Source: a virus (taxonomy: Duplodnaviria; Caudoviricetes). From it: a stretch of 53,498 nt of DNA. The position numbers and the translations under genes are program-made. Below, piece by piece: positions 36,501 through 44,188 of this stretch (position 1 is its first letter; the number at the start of each line of letters is the position of its first letter). The notes under the pieces were generated by a model. That model searched no databases. It was given only the letters and a program-made list of their open reading frames with translations, and was not told the DNA's origin. The stretch is from IMG/VR virus record IMGVR_UViG_3300031857_000256, positions 1-53,498 of that record; one strand, given 5' to 3'.

Positions 36501-39500
36501 TCAACCGGGTATCTAATTACCACAAATATTGATTATGGCGTATTTAATATGCCTATTGTTATTATTGAAGGATATGCATATGGAAATGGTGCACCTATTC
36601 ATTTACAAATTGTTTGGTACGCATATTCACCAGACCCTTCAGGATGGACAAGTGTATCTTATATAAACAAAGGTGGTTGGGATCCTGGTACCGTTTCTAT
36701 TGGTAGAAATGGTAGTGGTAAAGTTTGTATTCATCTTTCAAGTAACATTTACTATGGTAGATTTAATGTAAGAGGTATTTATGACCAAGGACATTCATAT
36801 TTAGAAAACTGGTCAATTACCGAAGCATCAACTTCCGGTTTATCTTTAATAAGAACTGTTGGTAGAGCAACAATGCAGACCGATATTAGTGGTACTGCTG
36901 CATCTGAAACTTTAGCAACTGTAACTAATAGAGGAAATATTTCAACTGGTGACATTTATACGCCAAATGCATCATCATATTTTAGAGCACGTTATACTGC
37001 GGGTTCTAACAACTATCATGGTTCATTTAACTGGTATCATCTTCAATTGGGTAATAATGGTGATAACTATATCATAGCAGGTAGAACTGCAACCGGCGGT
37101 AGATTAAGATTCTATGTAAATAATACATCCGATTTCACTTCAATCAATGGTACTGAAGGTATGAGATTAGATAGTGATGGTAGATTGTATTCTTATGTGG
37201 ATACTCGTTCACCATTATTTTATGACCAAGATAATACGGGATATTATTTAAATCCAAACGGCACTTCCAACTTACTTTATATAACAATGCCGCATAGAGG
37301 CAATGGTACTGAAAATATTTTAGTAAATGATGGTGGTAGTGAAAACTGGAACGCAATAAACATTAGAGGTGGTGCTAATAACCATATGGGTATTGGTTAT
37401 CATGGAACTTCAAGAGGTGTTTTTGGTAGAGATGGATTCTCAATTCATTTTGATGAAACTGATTCATTCCGTTTGCATACAAATGGTTGGGACACTGAAT
37501 TTGAAGTTACTGGTGATGGTAGAGCATGGTTAAAAGATAGACTTGGAATTAATACAACTGATTTTTCATATACATCTTCGGATAATAGTGCAGCTGTAGG
37601 TAGTAATCCAACCGCTAATAAATTATTTATAAATGGTTCAATACAATTAATAGGTAACAACGATGCGATTGTATTCGGTAGAGGTACTTCATCATTCCTT
37701 AAAGATGAAGAACTTGCATTTGGATGGGGTGGTGGATGGTTTATGCAGGATAGTACTTGGATTCGTTCTAGAGGTTCTAAAAATGTGTATGTAGATGCAT
37801 ATATAAGAGCACAGGGTTCATTTAGAGTTGGTAGTGAATACTCCATTTGGGGAACGTATGGTACATATAGTGCATATATTAGTAGATTAGCATATATTTC
37901 ATTGGACTGGGATGCTGCTTATGATTCGTATAGTAATCATGGTTTAGCATCAACTGACCTTAATGGAAACTTTAGTGATAGTGTATCTTTAAACTCATTT
38001 AATGATATTATTTTAAGACTTGATAGTAATAATAATAATACCAACTCTTATGTAAGATTTATGGATAATAGTGCCGGTAATGGGCAGTTTGCTTATATCG
38101 GTAGAGAAAATGGTTCATCTATAATGGAATTATATGGTGATATTTACGCAAATAGATTTTTAGATAGGAACGATAGTACATATTTCCTAAATCCGGCATC
38201 TGATAGAGATACCAGTATAAATGGATTTACTGCTAGAACTGTAGAAGGTACAAAAGGAACTTGGAAATATAATATTCCAAGATGGGCACACACATCAGAT
38301 TCTAACTATTGGGTAGGTTCTATGGGATGGGGAACTACTGACTTTAATTCAGTAATGACTTGGGGTAGTGGTTTCTTTGATACTTGGTCATCTCCTGCAA
38401 ATAGTCCTGGTGATGCATCACATTGGACAGGAATGCAAGCACTTCACTATACAAATGCATATAATAGTGCGTATGGATGGCAATTAGCAGGCGGTTCAAC
38501 CGATTCATTATGGTTCAGAAGATTCTGGCCAAATAGTGGCGGTTGGTTTAAAGTTGCGATGTATGATAATACACATTCGGCAAGTAGAGGATTCTATGCA
38601 TCTATTTACTATGATAATGATAACACAACTTATAGAGTAGACCCGAATGGTACTTCAAGATTATTAACACTTCAAGTAGATAATATAATTCAAGGTGGTG
38701 TTCAATACGCACAAAGATTGGATAACGTAGCTAGAACCGCTATAACTGTTGGTGGTAATGCTAGTACATTCTATCCAGTAATTCTTAATATTGGCGCGGG
38801 TGCAACTGTTCAACAATATGGTGAATTCGTAATTGAAAGAGGTGGATATGATGACCCAGGATACTCCGGAATTGGATTCAGTACAATGAATGCAAGATTC
38901 ACTGTTAAAGCGAGTGGATGGGGATTTGGTGCAACATATGAAAATTTAGAATATTACGGAAGAACATTTAATGGAATTGCAAACTGGCAACAAATTTCGG
39001 AATCATCTCGTTTGGTGATTTGGTTAAGAGGTGCAACCGTTTATTATTTATTTAATATTGTTGGTAGTACATCGGTACATTTTGCGAATGGCAGTGGTAC
39101 ATCATATTCTGAAACACATGGTAGTACATATACATTCTCACCAACTTCAACGATTTCCGATAAGGCATCGTATGAAAGATGGCAAGGTGGTAACATAAAA
39201 TATACCGGAATTATCTATTCGGACAGTGATGTAAGAGCACCGATATTCTCTGATATTTCAGATACAGGTTATTACATTAATGCAAATTCAACTTCTCAAC
39301 TTAATAGACTACAAATCAACAATGGTTTAATAGCGGGTGGTATTGATAATGGGTCAGTAATACTTTATAGAGCATCAAATCCATTTAGTTTAGGCGGTAC
39401 TGATGCTGTATTAACTTTATCCGATAGAAGTAACAATGACTGGGGATTAAGAATTGATAAGAGTGCACATGATTATGGTATGTACGTTGAAGTTTCAAAT

Positions 39501-42500
39501 GGTGCAACTTACGGATATGCTGTTAATAATGGTGGTGGTTGGGTATATAGAGTTCATGGTAATGGATATATCTACGCACCTTATTGGTATGATATTAATG
39601 ATACCGGATATTATGTAGACCCTAATGGTACATCTTCAATGGTGACGGTGTATGTGAGTGATTGGATTTATCAAAGAAGTTCAGGTGGTATGTATTGGAC
39701 TCCATATTCTAGAGGTATTGCATCTCCTGAAAACGTTGGTAATCCATATGGAACTGTAGCAACTACAAATGCTAATGGTAGAAATGGTTGGAACGGATAT
39801 GCTTTAGGTTCTCAAATGACATTGATGCATGACTACAATAATGGTGGTAACACTATGGGTATGCATGATACATCTTATGGTTGGATTTGGAGATGGATTA
39901 GAGATTCTTACTTTAGAGTAGATAGAGGATATAGTGAATTCGCAAATAGTGCAAGAGCTCCAATATTCTACGATTCGGATAATACTGGATACTATATTAA
40001 CCCAGCTTCATTCACCGAAATTTATGGTGGATTACGAATGAGTGGTGGTCATGGTGATTCTACAATAAGAAACCGATTATTAGCATCTAATAATGGTGCT
40101 GGTACCGGTGTTGTTCAATTACAAATGTGGTGTTCTGAACCAGGTAATACTTGGGATTGGGCTGGATTTGGATATAACGTTGATAACACATATCATGATG
40201 GTTCTGGACCTTATTACTTTAGTAGACCTAATACTTCGTTTGGTCAAGCGTATTTTAGATTTAGTACATCTGGACATATGTACGTTTACAACACAAATAC
40301 TTCTGGTACTCGTTATACTAATATGGAGTTCTATGCAAGTAACTGGGTATATGTAAACAACTATTTGGAAGCAGGTAACTCATTAAGAGCACCTATATTT
40401 TATGATTCAAACGATACATCTTATTATAGTAATCAAGCTAGTACAAGTATTTATAATGTAATTGGTACAAATAAGCTTCGTGCGGACACTAATAGAAACT
40501 ATAATGATGGTAATGGTTGGTGGGGACATGACCCTTATGGATATGGCTGGGGATTACCGCATGGTTCATTCAGAACATTAGAAATATCAACTTCTGGTAA
40601 CTTCTCTACTGAACCGGCAATGTTCCGTTTACACCAATGGGGTTCTGGTTCTCCGGAATTCTGGAAACCACAAGGTACAACACTTTATTTAAGAGAAACT
40701 CCAATTGGCGGTAATATTAAACACTCTAACTGGTTTACTCGTTTCTATGTACAAAGATACATTGAGACTGATGAATCAATGAGAGCACCGATATTCTATG
40801 ATACTGATAATACTGGATACTTTACGAATCCAGCTGGACGTTCTAGGCTTTCCGAAATCGATTATGGTGATGGCTCTTATTATTGGAGAAGTGGTTCTTG
40901 GGGTTGGAGACATCAAACTCCGTCTGGATATATTGAGTTTGGACCTGCGAATACTGGACATGCTCACATTTATACCGACCGTTCAAACTTCTACTTTAAC
41001 GTAAATGAATTATATGGTAATGGTTATCATGTAATAATGCATAACTTATGGTGGGGTAACACTTACTTTGGTAGTGGTGGTGATATGTATGCAACTATTT
41101 GGTATGATACAAATGATACCGGATATAGATTAGACCCGAATGGTTCTTCAAGACTTAACTTTGTTCATACAAATAACTTGTACATTAGTGCGGGTAATAT
41201 GTTGTATAGTGATTCGGGTGGATGGCAAGGTGAATACAATAAATTACAATGGCACTCATCTCACGCTTATTGGCAAAGACTATCCGGTGGATACTTCATA
41301 ATGAGAAGGGGTGATGGTAATGATAGAAACTATTTTAATGATAGTGGTGATATATGGATGGCTTATTTAGGATGGATGTCATCTCACTTAAACCAAAACG
41401 TAAGAACTGATGCGGGACCAACTTTTGCAGAAGTTTATAACAATGGTTGGTTTAGAAATAATAGCAATGGTACTGGACTCTATAATCAAAATAGAGGAAT
41501 GCACTGGTACACTAATAATGGATATTGGAAATCAGCGGGTGGTGGATATGGATATGGTGGTATTCAATTCTATAATAACTACGAATCTGATAGTAGAGGA
41601 TATGCTGGATATTGGGATGGTAGTGGTTTCGGTATGTTGAACTCATCTGGTAACTGGCAAATTCGTATTGAATATGGTAACGCTCATATGGAGTTGTATC
41701 GTATTACATATATGAACGATGCTAGACCATATATAACATACGATAGAGATAATACTGGATATTATTCTGACCCTAATGGTACTACTAATATGTACGCAAT
41801 TACCGATTATACTCGTAGAGCGGCATTTATGTTAGGTAGGTCTAACACCAATCGTAGAGATATTACTGGTGATAGTAACTATTGGACAGGTACACAAGGA
41901 TGGGGTACTGGATATGGTAACTGGGATAATGCTTGGTCTGGTGGATTTAATGGATGGGATATATGGGGTGGTGGAACTGCTCACCCTCAAGGCGGTGGTT
42001 ATGTTCACGCTCAAGGTATCGTATCTGGTCAACACTATTCAACTTCAGATGGTGGAGCGGGATATGGTTGGATGATGGTAGGTGCAGCAGATGCAACCGC
42101 AAATAGATATTGGGCTAGAGGTAAGTGGGGCGGTGGTGTATCCGGTTGGAGAGAATTCGTAATGAGTGATTCTAACCCTGGATATTATCTGTACGCATAT
42201 ATTATGTATGATTCCAATAATACAGGATATTATTGTGACCCTCAATCTTATTCACAATTTAGTAGTGGTGAGTTTAACAACTATGTAAGAGTAGCTAGAA
42301 TAGATTTCATTGGAACTGGAGGCAACTCTGGACAAGGTACAAACGCTTATAATATCTTCCAAGAAGGTGGTGGATGGAGTTATCCTTATCCGGATTTAAG
42401 AATCGCATATCACACAGGTCTTAAATTAGGAGCAAATGCTGGTTCTTATGAAGGAACTAGAGTTTATTCCGATTATGATATGAGTGATTTGTGTTTCACT

Positions 42501-43187
42501 TTAGCAGGTTCATCAAATTATTCATTTAAATATAAGTGGCAATATACGGCAACAGCTGGATATTATTCAGATTATAATGGTGCACACTGGTATCCAAACT
42601 ACGCATCATCTTATGGTTCATGGAGAGCTGATGGAAGTAGGAATGGATGGTATGGTATCAGTATTGGTACCGGAAATCAACCACATTTAATGTTTGATGG
42701 TAGTGGTAATGGTGGTATGTACATTCAAGACTATGGTAGATGGACATTTTATCATTCATTAGGAAACAATTGTACTGGTTTTAATACATCATCAACATCT
42801 TCATCTTATGGTATTTATGTTGAAAAAGGAATTTACGCAACGGGTGATGTTGTTGCATATTCTGATAGAAGAAAAAAAGAAAACATTGAAACTGTTGACA
42901 ATCCTTTGGATAAATTATTAAGATTAAGAGGTGTTTGGTATAACAGAATTGATGATGAAACCAAAAAAAGAAACATTGGTGTAATTGCACAGGAAGTTGA
43001 TGAGGTATTACCTGAAGTAGTAACTTATGCGGAAGATGTTGATGAATATGGGGTTGCATATGGTAACTTTGCAGGTTTGTTTATTGAAGCAATTAAAGAA
43101 CAAAACGAAATTATCAAAACTCAACAAAAAGAAATTGAAGAATTGAAAGAAATTGTAAACAAACTAATACTTAATAATAAAGGATAA
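33534..43187 (+). CDS. Long modular tail fibre (3217 aa) with Gly-X-Y tract and C-terminal intramolecular chaperone (peptidase S74 / ICA domain)
   Basis: C-terminal YSDRRKKENI...LRGVWYN...IGVIAQEV..VLPEVV...V.YG...LFIEAIKEQ plus coiled coil; 12 xAPIFYDxxxTGYYxDP joints; Trp/Tyr/Gly-rich modules. Confidence 0.9.
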   Translation: MTNLGSTANGLNQLSASLVSLFVSGSRIANFSSASVSVVGPFSASGVQTNVIGVTNNGAPLELRGNVQISGSVTSSLFRGDGSGLFNLSAEALGDLNQLKSGSATANISPNRGLVVNVPTSISGGLSVNGNSNITGSLTITSNLNVSGRITTTEISTVLISSSVIFSSGSNKFGDNVSDNHQFTGSVGISGSIFVTGDTIPTDNSTNEVLVLNTTTGRISRRFAAASSGTSGTGGTSGTSGSSGSSGSSGSSGSSGSGGTSGTSGSSGSSGSSGTSGTSGSSGSSGSGGTSGTSGSSGSSGSSGSSGSGGTSGTSGSGGTSGTSGSGGSSGSSGSSGSSGSSGSSGTSGSAGTAGTSGSGGSSGTAGQSGSSGSSGSSGSGGTSGTTGTAGTGGTSGLTGVGGTAGTSGSSGSSGTSGSSGSSGTSGSGGSSGLTGGGGASGSSGTSGSSGSSGSSGSSGSGGSSGTSASAGTGGTAGTAGTSGTSGSSGSSGTSGSGGSSGTSSSAGTAGTAGTSGSSGSSGISGSSGSSGSSGTSGSSGSSGSSGSSGQAGSSGSSGSSGSSGSGGTSGTTGTSGSSGSAGTSGTRGTSGSGGSSGSSGSGGTSGTSGSSGSGGTSGTSGSGGTSGTTGTAGSGGTSGLLALTGNTDNGVITLNGTAPNGTVEANLRFDGTTLAVTGNATISGDLTVSGTTTYINTTTLNVGDNIITLNADIGASTTPTENAGIEVKRGNAATKTFYWEEANDRWYAEDGLYVGGNVVLSGTVDTGQGATEVYLMNQNVRTTDAVTFATVDTGQGANELYAMNQNVRTTDAVTFATVDTGQGANELYAMNQNVRTTDAVTFATVDTGQGANELYAMNQNVRTTDTVRFGKVEIDGASNYIDTNTGYFSITSAGNEITLGGTTGNMYINYRAALGSTPTGYIWNAGSSTSFATHTMGRIDADSLYDRNDTGYYVDPASTSRQNVIRGTQIATGYHSLTSGYYAGGATPSTGYLITTNIDYGVFNMPIVIIEGYAYGNGAPIHLQIVWYAYSPDPSGWTSVSYINKGGWDPGTVSIGRNGSGKVCIHLSSNIYYGRFNVRGIYDQGHSYLENWSITEASTSGLSLIRTVGRATMQTDISGTAASETLATVTNRGNISTGDIYTPNASSYFRARYTAGSNNYHGSFNWYHLQLGNNGDNYIIAGRTATGGRLRFYVNNTSDFTSINGTEGMRLDSDGRLYSYVDTRSPLFYDQDNTGYYLNPNGTSNLLYITMPHRGNGTENILVNDGGSENWNAINIRGGANNHMGIGYHGTSRGVFGRDGFSIHFDETDSFRLHTNGWDTEFEVTGDGRAWLKDRLGINTTDFSYTSSDNSAAVGSNPTANKLFINGSIQLIGNNDAIVFGRGTSSFLKDEELAFGWGGGWFMQDSTWIRSRGSKNVYVDAYIRAQGSFRVGSEYSIWGTYGTYSAYISRLAYISLDWDAAYDSYSNHGLASTDLNGNFSDSVSLNSFNDIILRLDSNNNNTNSYVRFMDNSAGNGQFAYIGRENGSSIMELYGDIYANRFLDRNDSTYFLNPASDRDTSINGFTARTVEGTKGTWKYNIPRWAHTSDSNYWVGSMGWGTTDFNSVMTWGSGFFDTWSSPANSPGDASHWTGMQALHYTNAYNSAYGWQLAGGSTDSLWFRRFWPNSGGWFKVAMYDNTHSASRGFYASIYYDNDNTTYRVDPNGTSRLLTLQVDNIIQGGVQYAQRLDNVARTAITVGGNASTFYPVILNIGAGATVQQYGEFVIERGGYDDPGYSGIGFSTMNARFTVKASGWGFGATYENLEYYGRTFNGIANWQQISESSRLVIWLRGATVYYLFNIVGSTSVHFANGSGTSYSETHGSTYTFSPTSTISDKASYERWQGGNIKYTGIIYSDSDVRAPIFSDISDTGYYINANSTSQLNRLQINNGLIAGGIDNGSVILYRASNPFSLGGTDAVLTLSDRSNNDWGLRIDKSAHDYGMYVEVSNGATYGYAVNNGGGWVYRVHGNGYIYAPYWYDINDTGYYVDPNGTSSMVTVYVSDWIYQRSSGGMYWTPYSRGIASPENVGNPYGTVATTNANGRNGWNGYALGSQMTLMHDYNNGGNTMGMHDTSYGWIWRWIRDSYFRVDRGYSEFANSARAPIFYDSDNTGYYINPASFTEIYGGLRMSGGHGDSTIRNRLLASNNGAGTGVVQLQMWCSEPGNTWDWAGFGYNVDNTYHDGSGPYYFSRPNTSFGQAYFRFSTSGHMYVYNTNTSGTRYTNMEFYASNWVYVNNYLEAGNSLRAPIFYDSNDTSYYSNQASTSIYNVIGTNKLRADTNRNYNDGNGWWGHDPYGYGWGLPHGSFRTLEISTSGNFSTEPAMFRLHQWGSGSPEFWKPQGTTLYLRETPIGGNIKHSNWFTRFYVQRYIETDESMRAPIFYDTDNTGYFTNPAGRSRLSEIDYGDGSYYWRSGSWGWRHQTPSGYIEFGPANTGHAHIYTDRSNFYFNVNELYGNGYHVIMHNLWWGNTYFGSGGDMYATIWYDTNDTGYRLDPNGSSRLNFVHTNNLYISAGNMLYSDSGGWQGEYNKLQWHSSHAYWQRLSGGYFIMRRGDGNDRNYFNDSGDIWMAYLGWMSSHLNQNVRTDAGPTFAEVYNNGWFRNNSNGTGLYNQNRGMHWYTNNGYWKSAGGGYGYGGIQFYNNYESDSRGYAGYWDGSGFGMLNSSGNWQIRIEYGNAHMELYRITYMNDARPYITYDRDNTGYYSDPNGTTNMYAITDYTRRAAFMLGRSNTNRRDITGDSNYWTGTQGWGTGYGNWDNAWSGGFNGWDIWGGGTAHPQGGGYVHAQGIVSGQHYSTSDGGAGYGWMMVGAADATANRYWARGKWGGGVSGWREFVMSDSNPGYYLYAYIMYDSNNTGYYCDPQSYSQFSSGEFNNYVRVARIDFIGTGGNSGQGTNAYNIFQEGGGWSYPYPDLRIAYHTGLKLGANAGSYEGTRVYSDYDMSDLCFTLAGSSNYSFKYKWQYTATAGYYSDYNGAHWYPNYASSYGSWRADGSRNGWYGISIGTGNQPHLMFDGSGNGGMYIQDYGRWTFYHSLGNNCTGFNTSSTSSSYGIYVEKGIYATGDVVAYSDRRKKENIETVDNPLDKLLRLRGVWYNRIDDETKKRNIGVIAQEVDEVLPEVVTYAEDVDEYGVAYGNFAGLFIEAIKEQNEIIKTQQKEIEELKEIVNKLILNNKG
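34212..35453 (+). repeat. Second Gly-X-Y (GSS/GTS/GSG) coding tract, ~414 codons
   Basis: Same 9-bp periodicity as 27858..30989. Confidence 0.95.
35823..36146 (+). repeat. Four tandem 81-bp repeats (TVDTGQGANELYAMNQNVRTTDAVTFA)
   Basis: Units start at 35823, 35904, 35985 and 36066; near-identical protein sequence with synonymous differences. Confidence 0.9.
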
Positions 43188-43190
43188 ATT

Positions 43191-43622
43191 ATGGCAATAC
43201 AAAGAAATTACGAATTACCTGGTACTGGATTAGAAGCACAAAATGCATATCATGTTGTTACCAGTGTTAGAGTTGAAAAAAGAATGGCAGATGTTCCACC
43301 GCCACCCGATACATCTAGACCGGATGGTTTAACAGCTAGAGATGAAACACCTGGTACTGAAGTTTATTGGAAAGCTGGATATGTTGGCGAAATAGCCGTT
43401 ACTATTTGGAAAGACAAAGCGGCCAGAGATGCTAATGCAAAACCAATTGGATTTATTGGAACAAACCCATCGGATAATCAATACGGAGTTAGTATTGGTA
43501 CTGCTGGAATGGACCATAAATGTAAATTCTTTATAGATATAACAAGTCCATTAACTGAAGTAGAACAAGCGTATAATCATTTATTAAGTACGGACTATTA
43601 TAGTGGTTGTTCACAAATTTAA
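43191..43622 (+). CDS. Hypothetical fibre-associated protein (143 aa)
   Basis: Starts 3 nt after the fibre stop, AAGGA upstream; same strand and composition as neighbours. Confidence 0.7.
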   Translation: MAIQRNYELPGTGLEAQNAYHVVTSVRVEKRMADVPPPPDTSRPDGLTARDETPGTEVYWKAGYVGEIAVTIWKDKAARDANAKPIGFIGTNPSDNQYGVSIGTAGMDHKCKFFIDITSPLTEVEQAYNHLLSTDYYSGCSQI

Positions 43623-43642
43623 TTCGTTATTTTAAAAACTAA

Positions 43643-43651
43643 ATATTTATA
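43643..43651 (+). promoter_or_regulatory. Putative late-promoter motif ATATTTATA
   Basis: Recurrent intergenic 9-mer upstream of ATG 43671. Confidence 0.6.
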
Positions 43652-43670
43652 ACATATAAACAAATATATT

Positions 43671-44054
43671 ATGGCATTACAATACACATGGAAATTAGAA
43701 GGCTTAAAAAAGCAAAATAGTGATGAACTAGATAACATTATAATTGGTACTCGTTGGAAAGTGACAGGTACTGATGCAGATGGTGTTTTTGGTGCATTTA
43801 TTGGTGCAACTCCATTTAAAGCCGAAGACGTTGATGTAGATAATTTTACTGAATACGAAAGCTTGACAGAAGAACAAGTATTAGGATGGATTAAAAGTAC
43901 AGTAAGCGGTTCTGCTTCAACAAATTATTGGGAGCACATTAGTGGTAGAATAGAAAAAGAGATATATGAGAAAAGATATGCTGTTAGTGATATATCTGAA
44001 AATTCTCTACCTTGGGCATCAGGATCGGTAACACCAACACCACCAACACCTTAA
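43671..44054 (+). CDS. Conserved phage protein of a family usually found beside tail fibres (127 aa)
   Basis: YTWK...W.VTGTD.DG..G.F.GATPF...F..YE.LTEEQVLGWIK...LPW pattern. Confidence 0.75.
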   Translation: MALQYTWKLEGLKKQNSDELDNIIIGTRWKVTGTDADGVFGAFIGATPFKAEDVDVDNFTEYESLTEEQVLGWIKSTVSGSASTNYWEHISGRIEKEIYEKRYAVSDISENSLPWASGSVTPTPPTP

Positions 44055-44077
44055 AATAAAAAAATTAAAAGTATAAT

Positions 44078-44118
44078 ACCCAAAGCATAGTTAATTGAAA
44101 TTGTGTTTTGGGTTTTTT
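44078..44118 (+). terminator. Intrinsic terminator closing the fibre block
   Basis: ACCCAAAGCATAGTT / AATTGTGTTTTGGGT 15-bp stem (with G-U pairs) followed by a T run. Confidence 0.75.
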
Positions 44119-44122
44119 CATT

Positions 44123-44131
44123 ATATTTATA
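44123..44131 (+). promoter_or_regulatory. Putative late-promoter motif ATATTTATA upstream of tail sheath
   Basis: Directly follows the terminator, as expected for a new transcription unit. Confidence 0.65.
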
Positions 44132-44188
44132 TGTGTATTTTTATACATTAATAAATCTACAAATTAAAACTGAAATCGGAGAAATAAA

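Noticed and set aside
33534-43187. Diversity-generating retroelement or invertible shufflon acting on the fibre
   Set aside because: No reverse transcriptase, recombinase, adenine-specific template/variable repeat pair or inverted cassette was seen in the window.
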